DNA of 31,979 nt from Chthoniobacteraceae bacterium (GTDB taxonomy: Bacteria; Verrucomicrobiota; Verrucomicrobiia; Chthoniobacterales; Chthoniobacteraceae). The notes beneath the pieces were generated by a model. That model was not told the DNA's origin. It did not search any database and was given only the letters and a program-made list of their open reading frames with translations. This document shows, piece after piece, positions 8,875 to 19,432 of the stretch; positions within the stretch are counted from its first letter, which is position 1, and each line of letters opens with the position of its first letter. The stretch lies in the NCBI GenBank assembly GCA_040081625.1, contig JBEBGD010000065.1:1-31979 (forward strand), in the 5' to 3' direction. The position numbers and the translations under genes are program-made.

Positions 8875-10155
8875 ATGCACACTCTCTCCCGCACCGCTGC
8901 CGACGGCGCCTTTCTCGCGACCGACGATGTCCGCGCGCTCGTCGCGCAATCCTGCCCGGCCAAGGATTACAAAGGCCGGCGCGTGCTCTGCATCGTGCCC
9001 GACTCCACGCGCACCTGCCCGCTCGGCCTCGTGTGGCAAACCTTGCACGAGCAGATCGGCGCGGCGTGCGCGGCGTTCGATGTGATGATCGCGCTCGGCA
9101 CTCACCAGCCGATGAGCGAGGGAGCGATCTGCGAGCGGCTCGAAATCACGCTAGACGAGCGGCGCGCGAAATTCGGCGCGGTGAAGTTCTTCAACCACGA
9201 GTGGGACAACCCCGCCGCGCTCCGCCACATCGGCGACCTCACGCACGAAGACACGCGCGGGCTGACCGGCGGGCTGCTCGAGATGGAAGTGCCGGTGCGC
9301 GTGAACGCACGCGTCTTCGACTACGACCAGATCATCATTATCGGCCCGGTCTTCCCGCACGAGGTCGTCGGCTTCAGCGGCGGAAATAAATACCTCTTCC
9401 CCGGCGTGAGCGGGCCGGACGTGCTGAATTTTTTCCACTGGCTCGGCGCCGTGGTGACGAACCCGATGATCATCGGCAACAAATGGACGCCCGTGCGCCG
9501 CGTCGTCGATCACGTCGGCGGCATGGTGCCGGTGCCGAAGCTCTGCTTCTGCATGGTCGTGGACAAGGCGCAGCTCGCCGGCCTTTTCGCGGGCACGCCC
9601 GAAGGCGCGTGGGATGAAGCCAGCGAGCTCTCGAAGAAGCTTCACATCACCTACAAGGACCGCCCATTTCACACCGTGCTGAGCTGCGCGCCGAAGATGT
9701 ATGACGAGATCTGGGTCGCCGGGAAGTGCATGTATAAACTCGAGCCGGTGATCGCCGACGGCGGCGAACTCATCATCTACGCGCCGCACGTCCACGAGTT
9801 CAGCATCACGCACGGCGAGCACATCAAGAAGGTCGGCTACCACTGCACCGATTACTTCGTGAAGCAGTGGGACAAGTTTAAGCACTTCCCGTGGGGCACG
9901 CTCGCGCACAGCACGCACGTGCGCGGCATCGGCACTTATGAAAACGGCGTCGAGAACTGCCGCGTGCGCGTGACGCTCGCCACGGGCATCCCGCGCGAGG
10001 AATGCGAAGCCGTGAACCTCGGCTACCGCGACCCGGCGACGATCCGCGTCGAAGATTACGCGAACCGCGAGGACGAAGGCATCCTCTACGTCCCGAAAGC
10101 CGGCGAGATGCTCTACCATCTCAAGCAGCGGCCCGCGTGGGCGCGGGAGATGTAG
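8875..10155 (+). CDS. LarA-family (nickel-pincer nucleotide) 2-hydroxyacid racemase/epimerase; candidate D-mannonate/D-gluconate 2-epimerase
   Basis: LarA motifs PDSTRT, ALGTH, NHEW, PHEVVGFSGGNK..FPG, FFHW, AGKCMYK. The true start is ATG 8875; the track ORF's 8197 extension overlaps the CAP gene. Confidence 0.85.
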   Translation: MHTLSRTAADGAFLATDDVRALVAQSCPAKDYKGRRVLCIVPDSTRTCPLGLVWQTLHEQIGAACAAFDVMIALGTHQPMSEGAICERLEITLDERRAKFGAVKFFNHEWDNPAALRHIGDLTHEDTRGLTGGLLEMEVPVRVNARVFDYDQIIIIGPVFPHEVVGFSGGNKYLFPGVSGPDVLNFFHWLGAVVTNPMIIGNKWTPVRRVVDHVGGMVPVPKLCFCMVVDKAQLAGLFAGTPEGAWDEASELSKKLHITYKDRPFHTVLSCAPKMYDEIWVAGKCMYKLEPVIADGGELIIYAPHVHEFSITHGEHIKKVGYHCTDYFVKQWDKFKHFPWGTLAHSTHVRGIGTYENGVENCRVRVTLATGIPREECEAVNLGYRDPATIRVEDYANREDEGILYVPKAGEMLYHLKQRPAWAREM

Positions 10156-10257
10156 TCGCTGCGGAGGACTTAAATACTTCTCGCGCGAGCCGCGCGTGCC
10201 TCCGTATCCTCGCCTCCCCTCAGCACTCACGCTCGAATCTCAACCCAAACTAAACAC

Positions 10258-11712
10258 ATGGAACCGCAAGCAGACATCGCAGTCATCGGCCTGGCCGTCA
10301 TGGGCCAGAACCTCATCCTCAACATGAACGACCACGGCTTCACCGTCGTCGCTTACAATCGCACCGTCGAAAAGGTGGATCAGTTCATCGCCAACGAGGC
10401 GAAGGGCACCAAAGTCATCGGCGCACGCTCCATCGAAGAGATGGTCGGCCTGCTCAAGCGCCCGCGCCGCATCATGATGATGGTCAAGGCCGGCAAAGCC
10501 GTCGATGACTTCATCGAGCAAGTCCTCCCCTTCCTCGAACCCGGCGACATCCTCATCGACGGCGGCAACTCGCTCTACGGCGACTCCGAGCGCCGCGTGA
10601 AATACCTCGCTGAAAAAGGAATGCTCTTCATCGGCACCGGCGTCTCCGGCGGCGAAGAAGGCGCGCGCAACGGCCCAAGCATCATGCCCGGCGGCAGCAA
10701 GGATGCGTGGCCGCACGTGAAGGCAATCTTTCAGGGCATCTCCGCGAAGGTCGAAGGCAACGTGCCGTGCTGCGACTGGGTCGGTGACGGCGGCGCGGGC
10801 CACTACGTGAAGATGGTCCACAACGGAATCGAATACGGCGACATGCAGCTCATCTGCGAAGCCTACCAGCTCATGCGCGACGGACTCGGCATGACGGCCG
10901 ATGAAATGAGCGCCGTCTTCGCCGAGTGGAACAAAGGAGTGCTCGACAGCTACCTCATCGAGATCACGCGCGACATCCTCGCGAAGAAGGACGACGACGG
11001 CACGCCGCTCGTGGACAAGATCCTCGACACCGCCGGGCAGAAAGGCACCGGCAAATGGACCGTCATCAACAGCGCCGAACTCGGCATCCCGATCACGCTC
11101 ATGGCCGAGGCCGTTTATTCCCGCTGCGTGTCCGCGATGAAGGACGAGCGCGTGAAAGCGCAGCGCAAGCTCAAGGGCCCGCGCGCGAAGATCAGCGGCG
11201 ACCGCGCGAAGTTCGTCGAAGCCATCCGCGACGCGCTCTACTGCTCGAAACTCATCAGCTACGCGCAGGGCTACATGCTCATGCGCGCCGCAGCGGCCGA
11301 GTATAAGTGGAGCCTCAACAACGGCGGCATCGCCCTCATGTGGCGCGGCGGCTGCATCATCCGCAGTGCCTTCCTCGGGAAGATCAAGGAGGCCTTCGAC
11401 AAGAACCCGAAGCTCACGAACCTGCTCCTCGACGACTATTTCCGCGCCGAGATCAAGCGCTGCCAGAAGGGCTGGCGCACCGTCGTGGCGATGGCCGCAA
11501 AGAAAGGCGTCCCGGTCCCCGCGTTCAGCACCGCGCTCGCGTTCTTCGACGGCTACCGCACCGCGAACCTGCCCGCGAACCTCCTCCAGGCGCAGCGCGA
11601 CTATTTCGGCGCGCACACCTACGAGCGCGTGGATAAACCCCGCGGCGAGACCTTTCACACCAACTGGACCGGTCGCGGCGGCACCACGTCGTCGAGCACC
11701 TACTCGGTGTAG
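10258..11712 (+). CDS. gnd: 6-phosphogluconate dehydrogenase, NADP-dependent, decarboxylating
   Basis: IGLAVMGQNL, YNRT, DGGNS, GVSGGEEGARNGPSIMPGG, VKMVHNGIEYGDMQLI, QKGTGKWT, WRGGCIIRS, QAQRDYFGAHTYER. Confidence 0.98.
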   Translation: MEPQADIAVIGLAVMGQNLILNMNDHGFTVVAYNRTVEKVDQFIANEAKGTKVIGARSIEEMVGLLKRPRRIMMMVKAGKAVDDFIEQVLPFLEPGDILIDGGNSLYGDSERRVKYLAEKGMLFIGTGVSGGEEGARNGPSIMPGGSKDAWPHVKAIFQGISAKVEGNVPCCDWVGDGGAGHYVKMVHNGIEYGDMQLICEAYQLMRDGLGMTADEMSAVFAEWNKGVLDSYLIEITRDILAKKDDDGTPLVDKILDTAGQKGTGKWTVINSAELGIPITLMAEAVYSRCVSAMKDERVKAQRKLKGPRAKISGDRAKFVEAIRDALYCSKLISYAQGYMLMRAAAAEYKWSLNNGGIALMWRGGCIIRSAFLGKIKEAFDKNPKLTNLLLDDYFRAEIKRCQKGWRTVVAMAAKKGVPVPAFSTALAFFDGYRTANLPANLLQAQRDYFGAHTYERVDKPRGETFHTNWTGRGGTTSSSTYSV

Positions 11713-11724
11713 GTTTCAATTCGT

Positions 11725-11756
11725 GGCTCACGCTGTTCCCGGCGTGAGTCTCCTCC
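11725..11756 (+). terminator. Stem-loop after gnd (possible terminator)
   Basis: GGCTCACGCTG-TTCC-CGGCGTGAGTC forms an 11-bp stem with two G:U pairs, 12 nt after the gnd stop. The tail is weak (TCCTCC). Confidence 0.45.
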
Positions 11757-11766
11757 AACGCGCGCG

Positions 11767-12237
11767 GTGCCCGACTCGATGTGGCGCTGCGCGCGTTGTT
11801 TTCTGAATCGCACCGGGCGGCGCGAGCCGCAAAAAGTGACGGCGCGGAAGAACCCGCGTTTTGCCGTGCCCACCGGCAAAGGCATCTGCTCGTCGAGCAT
11901 CGCTTACGCGGAGTCGAGGGACGGTGCGCATTTGAAGAGGCCCGCGCTGGGCGGAAGTCGGTGACGAATCGTGGTTCTACTACCCGGCCTTCGAAGGCTC
12001 ACACGACAAGCCCGCCCGACGCAATGGTGCAATCGGCCTCGCGACGCTGCGCAAGGAAGGCTTCATCTCGCAGCGCACGCCGATGACCGGCGGAGTGGTC
12101 TGCACACGCGCGCTATGGTGGCCGGCTTCGATTGCGGCGATTGCGAGGTTTTCAATTGCGACGCGTTCGCGGACAGGATCATCCGGCAGGAGTTTGAACT
12201 CCACGATGCCGCGAGCTACACGTTTCGGGCGCGCTAG
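11767..12237 (+). pseudogene. Frameshifted, internally deleted relic of a five-bladed beta-propeller (GH43/32/130-like) hypothetical protein
   Basis: Three colinear motif blocks in alternating frames: IAYAESRDGAHLKRPALG (11899-11952); EVGDESWFYYPAFEGSHD...IGLATLRKEGFISQR...GGVVCTR (about 11951-12120); AGFDCGDCEVFNCD...RIIRQEFELHDAASYTFRAR* (about 12121-12237). The 5' boundary is uncertain. Confidence 0.6.
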
Positions 12238-12239
12238 CT

Positions 12240-14807
12240 CTACTCGGCTTCGGCTTGATCTTCTTCCTCGCTCGAGACGACTGGCGCGATGCCGGAGAGC
12301 GTCTCGCCGCCGCGCATGTCGATGAGCTTCACGCCCTGCGCGTTGCGGCCCGTCTCGCGGATTTCCGCGACGCGGGTGCGGACCATTTTGCCTTTGTTGG
12401 TGATGAGCATCAGTTCGTCCGAGTCGCGCACCGTAAGCGCGCCGACGACATGCCCGGTGCGATCCGTGGTCTTCATCGTGATGACGCCTTTGCCGCCGCG
12501 CGATTGGATGCGGTATTCGTCGAAGGTCGTGCGCTTGCCGAGACCGTTGTCGCCCGCCACGAGCAGCATCGCGTCCTTGCTCACGAGGGCGGCGCCGACG
12601 ACGTAATCGCCTTCGTCCGGGCGGATGCCCCAGACGCCGACCGTGTTGCGGCCTTGATCTCGAAGCTCTTCCTCGTTGAAGCGGATGCTCATGCCGTCGT
12701 GCGTGATGAGCACGATCTCGTCGAGGCCGCTAGTGAGCTTGCAGTCGATGAGGCGGTCGCCTTCCTCGATCTGGATGGCGATGATGCCGCCCTTCCGGAT
12801 GTTTTTGAAGTCGTTGAGATTTGATTTCTTCACGATGCCGCTGCGTGTCGCGAAGACGATGTGCAGCTTCTCGCTCCACGTTTCCTCGTCAGTCTTCTGG
12901 CCCTGGATGCGGATGGTCGCCGCGATCTTCTCGTCGGGGCGAAGCTCGAGCAGGTTCGCGATGCTTCGGCCCTTGCTGGCGCGCGAGCCCTCGGGAATCT
13001 CGAACACGCGCTCGACGTAGCAGCGTCCATCCTGCGTGATGAACATGAGGTAGTCGTGCGCCGTCGCGGTGAAGAGATGCTCGACGAAGTCGTCGTCGTC
13101 TTCCTCGCTCGCGCTCTCGCGCGCCGTCATGCCGATGACGCCCTTGCCACCGCGACGCTGTGCGCGGAAGGCGGAGACGGCGGTGCGCTTGATGAAGCTG
13201 TTGTGCGTGATCGTGATAATGCAGCCCTCATTCGCGATGAGATCCTCCATTGAGATCTCGCCTTCCGCTGGCACAATCTGCGTGCGGCGTTCGGTGCCGT
13301 ATTTGCGCTGAATCTCCCGCAGTTCGTCCTTGATGATCGTCAGCACGCGCTGCTCCTTCGCGAGGATGTCGAGCAGATCCTTGATCGTCGCAATGAGCGC
13401 GTCGTATTCGCTTTTGATCGAATCGCGCTCCAGCCCGGTGAGTTGGTAGAGCCTCAGGTCGAGGATGTGGCCGACCTGCTTCTCGGTGAACTTGTATTTC
13501 CCGTCGGTGAGCCGCGCCTCGTCGCGGATGAGGATGCCGATTTGCTCCACGGAGCGCTTCGTCCACGAGAGCGCCATCAGCTTGCCCTTCGCGTCGTCGC
13601 GGTCGCGCGAGTCGCGGATGATCCTGATGAAGTCGTCAATGTTCGCGAGCGCGATGAGGTAGCCTTCGAGCTTCTCCGCCTCGACTTCCGCTGCATTCAG
13701 CAGGAAGCGGGTGCGACGCAGGATGACTTCGCGCCGGTGTTCGATGAAGCAGGTGAACGCGTCCTTGAGCGGGAGCAGGCGTGGCTTGCCGTGGTCGATC
13801 GCGAGCATGTTCACGCTGAACGAGGATTCGAGCGCGGTATGTTTGTAGAGGTTGTTGAGGATGACCTTCGGGTTTCCGTCGCGCTTCAGCTCGATGACGA
13901 CGCGCGTGTTTTCGTCCGACTCATCGCGCACGTCGCTGATCCCGGTGAGGACCTTCTCATTCACGAGTTCCGCGATCCGCTTCACCAGCTCCGCGCGGTT
14001 CACGTTATACGGAATCTCCGTGATGATGATCTGGTCGCGCCCGCCCTTCAGCTCCTCAATGCCTGCCTTGCCGCGCACGCGCACCGCGCCTTTGCCGGTG
14101 GTGAAATACGAGAGGATGCCCGCGGAGCCCTGTAGCTCGCAGCCCGTCGGGAAGTCCGGCCCCTTCACGTGGACCATCAGTCCTTCAAGCGTGATGGCCG
14201 GGTCATCGATCTGCGCGCAGATGCCGTTGATGCATTCGCTCAGATTGTGCGGCGGAATGTTCGTCGCCATGCCGACCGCGATGCCGGTGCCGCCATTCAC
14301 GAGCAGGTTCGGGAACGCCGCAGGAAAGACAGTCGGCTCCTCGCGCGTCTCGTCGTAGTTCGGCACGAAATCGACCGTCGCCTTGTCCATGTCCTCCATC
14401 AGCGCCGCGCCGAGATGCTGCAGGCGCGCCTCGGTGTATCGCATCGACGCCGGCGGATCGCCCTCGACCGAGCCGAAGTTGCCTTGCCCATCGATGAGCA
14501 TGTCGCGCATCGCCCACGGCTGGGCCATGTGGACGAGCGTCGGATAGATCGCCTGGTCGCCGTGCGGATGGTAATTGCCCATCGTCTCGCCGACGATCTT
14601 CGCGCACTTGAGGTGCTTGCGAGTTGGCATCACGCCGAGCTCGCTCATCGCGAAAAGAATGCGCCGCTGCGAAGGCTTCAGCCCATCGCGCGCATCCGGC
14701 AGCGCGCGGCTGATGATGACGGACATCGAGTAGTCGAGAAACGACTTCGACATCTCCTCGGCGACATTGACCGGGTGGACTTTTTCGTTGGGGTTGAGGT
14801 TGGGCAT
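12240..14807 (-). CDS. gyrA: DNA gyrase subunit A
   Basis: FLDYSMSVIISRALPDARDGLKP, YHPHGD, GQGNFGS, catalytic MRYTE, GIAVGMATNIPPHN; GyrA-box QRRGGKG; C-terminal pinwheel repeats. Confidence 0.98.
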   Translation of the reverse strand: MPNLNPNEKVHPVNVAEEMSKSFLDYSMSVIISRALPDARDGLKPSQRRILFAMSELGVMPTRKHLKCAKIVGETMGNYHPHGDQAIYPTLVHMAQPWAMRDMLIDGQGNFGSVEGDPPASMRYTEARLQHLGAALMEDMDKATVDFVPNYDETREEPTVFPAAFPNLLVNGGTGIAVGMATNIPPHNLSECINGICAQIDDPAITLEGLMVHVKGPDFPTGCELQGSAGILSYFTTGKGAVRVRGKAGIEELKGGRDQIIITEIPYNVNRAELVKRIAELVNEKVLTGISDVRDESDENTRVVIELKRDGNPKVILNNLYKHTALESSFSVNMLAIDHGKPRLLPLKDAFTCFIEHRREVILRRTRFLLNAAEVEAEKLEGYLIALANIDDFIRIIRDSRDRDDAKGKLMALSWTKRSVEQIGILIRDEARLTDGKYKFTEKQVGHILDLRLYQLTGLERDSIKSEYDALIATIKDLLDILAKEQRVLTIIKDELREIQRKYGTERRTQIVPAEGEISMEDLIANEGCIITITHNSFIKRTAVSAFRAQRRGGKGVIGMTARESASEEDDDDFVEHLFTATAHDYLMFITQDGRCYVERVFEIPEGSRASKGRSIANLLELRPDEKIAATIRIQGQKTDEETWSEKLHIVFATRSGIVKKSNLNDFKNIRKGGIIAIQIEEGDRLIDCKLTSGLDEIVLITHDGMSIRFNEEELRDQGRNTVGVWGIRPDEGDYVVGAALVSKDAMLLVAGDNGLGKRTTFDEYRIQSRGGKGVITMKTTDRTGHVVGALTVRDSDELMLITNKGKMVRTRVAEIRETGRNAQGVKLIDMRGGETLSGIAPVVSSEEEDQAEAE

Positions 14808-14834
14808 GGTTGGGAAAAGGAGGGAGGTGGTTGG

Positions 14835-15101
14835 CTATGGCGTTTCGTTAAGAGAGAACGGCGAGCGCTCGAATTTGGCGATCTCGGCATCCAATTCAGC
14901 GATTCCGTCGTGAGCGGCTTTCACCGTCCCATTAAGTTCTTCGGCAGGGACGAGCGCGCATTTTCCGTCACGGTTCGTGACAACGGGGCGTCCATCGCGC
15001 CGATGCTCCTCGACGACTTGGATGAAGGCGCGGTTCAGGCCACGCTCCGTGAGCAACTCCATTGGGATGCCTCGGGCGAGTGGAAAGGTTTCCGGGCTCA
15101 T
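14835..15101 (-). CDS. Small hypothetical protein (88 aa), resembling the small partner/antitoxin-like proteins of zeta-like P-loop ATPases
   Basis: Its ATG overlaps the MTase stop (ATGA at 15098-15101) and it fills the gap to gyrA (27 nt). Motif VVEEHRRDGRPVVTNRDGKCALVPAEEL. Confidence 0.6.
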   Translation of the reverse strand: MSPETFPLARGIPMELLTERGLNRAFIQVVEEHRRDGRPVVTNRDGKCALVPAEELNGTVKAAHDGIAELDAEIAKFERSPFSLNETP

Positions 15102-15910
15102 TTCTCTGACGCGAGAAGGTGAAGCTGCGAAGGCTCCGACGGTGGCAAGTCGAGCGGTGTGCGGCTGACACGTGGATCAAAAGAATCGAGCGGTGCGGCA
15201 GCCTGTTCGAGTCGGCGATGAGCGAGAGCGATGTAGTCGGGATTGATGTCGATCCCAATCCAACGCCGACCCAAGAGCGCTGCGACCCGGGTTGTCGTGC
15301 CGCTACCGACGAAAGGATCGAGGACCAGATCGTCGGGATTGGAACTCGCTCGGATGATCCGCTCCATCAACGCCTCGGGCTTCTGGGTTGGATGTTCGAC
15401 TCGTTCGGCACTGCAGTAATGAACGTGGGAGAACTGCCAGACATCGCCAGGATTCGCCCCGGCCATGTTGTTGCGCTGGCGGTAGTATTTCTGCGGCACT
15501 CGCACGGCGTCGAGATTGAACGTGAAATCACGAGTCTTGCTGAAGAACAGAATGTCCTCGTGTCTCGGAGAGAAACCCACCTTTCGTCCCATGCCCTGCG
15601 TGTAGTGCCAGGTGATCCAACTGTTGAACAGCAAGCCGTGCTTGTCTTCGAGTGCGGCGAACAACTTCGAGATGAAGCGCACGCCCATGAACACATAGAT
15701 TGAACCAGTTGGTTTCAGAATTCGGATCGCCTGCTGAATCCAAGCGTCGGTGAACTGTTCGTATTCGTGCCACGCCTTCAGGTCGCGGTTGTTCCCGTAG
15801 TCCTTGCCGAGGTTGTAAGGCGGATCAGCGATCACCAAATCGACAGACGCGTTCGACAACGAAGACATGACTTCGATGGAATCGCCGCAGATCAGTTGGT
15901 TGGTCGTCAT
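15098..15910 (-). CDS. Beta-class amino (N6-adenine) DNA methyltransferase, M.HpaI-like
   Basis: DPPY (motif IV) precedes HPTQKPE and LDPFVGSGTT (motif I), the beta order. Blocks NSWITW.YTQG, GFSPRH.DIL, RVPQKYYR and VW.FSHVHYC match my recollection of M.HpaI. ATG 15910 overlaps the REase stop. Confidence 0.9.
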   Translation of the reverse strand: MTTNQLICGDSIEVMSSLSNASVDLVIADPPYNLGKDYGNNRDLKAWHEYEQFTDAWIQQAIRILKPTGSIYVFMGVRFISKLFAALEDKHGLLFNSWITWHYTQGMGRKVGFSPRHEDILFFSKTRDFTFNLDAVRVPQKYYRQRNNMAGANPGDVWQFSHVHYCSAERVEHPTQKPEALMERIIRASSNPDDLVLDPFVGSGTTTRVAALLGRRWIGIDINPDYIALAHRRLEQAAAPLDSFDPRVSRTPLDLPPSEPSQLHLLASEK

Positions 15911-16662
15911 TCGGTCTCCTTGATCCATTTGTGTTTCCGCGCGAGGCGAAGCCACGCTTCTTCACCCTTCGATCGGATGCACTTCGCGTCGAGCATTTGG
16001 AGGAACTCCCACGTGGAGCGCTGCTCGCTCGTTACATACTGGATGTCACGAATCTGAATCTGGCCCGTCCCCAACGCGGGATTGTAGCTTAGGTCTGCGG
16101 CGGACACGTATTTCAAGTCATACACGGCGTATGTCGTGACTTCCATGATGCCATTTGTCATCCCCTCGGTGCCTCTTTCCGAATACACGCGGTGCTTGAG
16201 AGAAAGGATGATGAACAAGTAATCGGGATCGTCGAGATACTCGGTGCGAATCCGTGCGAAGGACGTGATGTTCGGAGCCTTGCCGGAGCTCACGATGTCT
16301 TCTGCCGTCGCCTTCACATCGACGTTTGCTGATGCGTAGCTCCCTCCTTTGCGCTTGAACTGAAGAACGATATCAAATGGATCGAGCCGTTTACCGGCTT
16401 GGACGTTTATCAGTCGGTATCGGTTTTTTGGATCGTCTGCGATTAGCTCAAATTGCTCAACCGCCCAAGCCTCAACAAATGGTCCAGCAACTTTGTTGAT
16501 GTTTTCGAGCGGCAGTCCACGTTTGAGATTGGTGCGGATAAAAATGCGGTTCCGCCCGCTTTCGATGGCGTCCCGCATGATCGTGCCGATGTGCTCGACA
16601 ACAAACTCCGAGCACTCGCGATAATCGGGTCGTTCTTGCGGGATTTTGAAAACAACGTCCAT
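15907..16662 (-). CDS. Type II restriction endonuclease, PD-(D/E)xK, HpaI-like (EcoRV/HincII/SwaI-type fold)
   Basis: PFD...NVDVKA catalytic signature, then PNITSF and YNPALGTGQIQI. TNLK.GLPLENINK.AGP..EAWA matches my recollection of R.HpaI. 251 aa, visibly more AT-rich than the flanks, coupled to the MTase. Confidence 0.85.
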   Translation of the reverse strand: MDVVFKIPQERPDYRECSEFVVEHIGTIMRDAIESGRNRIFIRTNLKRGLPLENINKVAGPFVEAWAVEQFELIADDPKNRYRLINVQAGKRLDPFDIVLQFKRKGGSYASANVDVKATAEDIVSSGKAPNITSFARIRTEYLDDPDYLFIILSLKHRVYSERGTEGMTNGIMEVTTYAVYDLKYVSAADLSYNPALGTGQIQIRDIQYVTSEQRSTWEFLQMLDAKCIRSKGEEAWLRLARKHKWIKETE

Positions 16663-16680
16663 CGAATTAAGCGAGGCTGC

Positions 16681-19321
<2,641 letters not shown>

Positions 19322-19432
19322 GGTGTTTTTTGGGTAAAAAACCCCTGTTTCCACAAGATGCTGCGGACCCCGAATCGACCGCTCCACAATATCTTGTTGG
19401 CGTCGTCCTGCCGACCGATCAACTTGCCGATC

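Noticed and set aside
10240..11658. 472-aa minus-strand ORF
   Set aside because: Antisense shadow of gnd.
11980..12204. 74-aa minus-strand ORF downstream of gyrA, and other short ORFs in 11700-12325
   Set aside because: Better explained by the plus-strand pseudogene fragments.
14808..14834. Strong SD-like AGGAGGGAGG on the plus strand before an ATG
   Set aside because: It is the complement of the pyrimidine-rich gyrA leader; no credible plus-strand gene follows.
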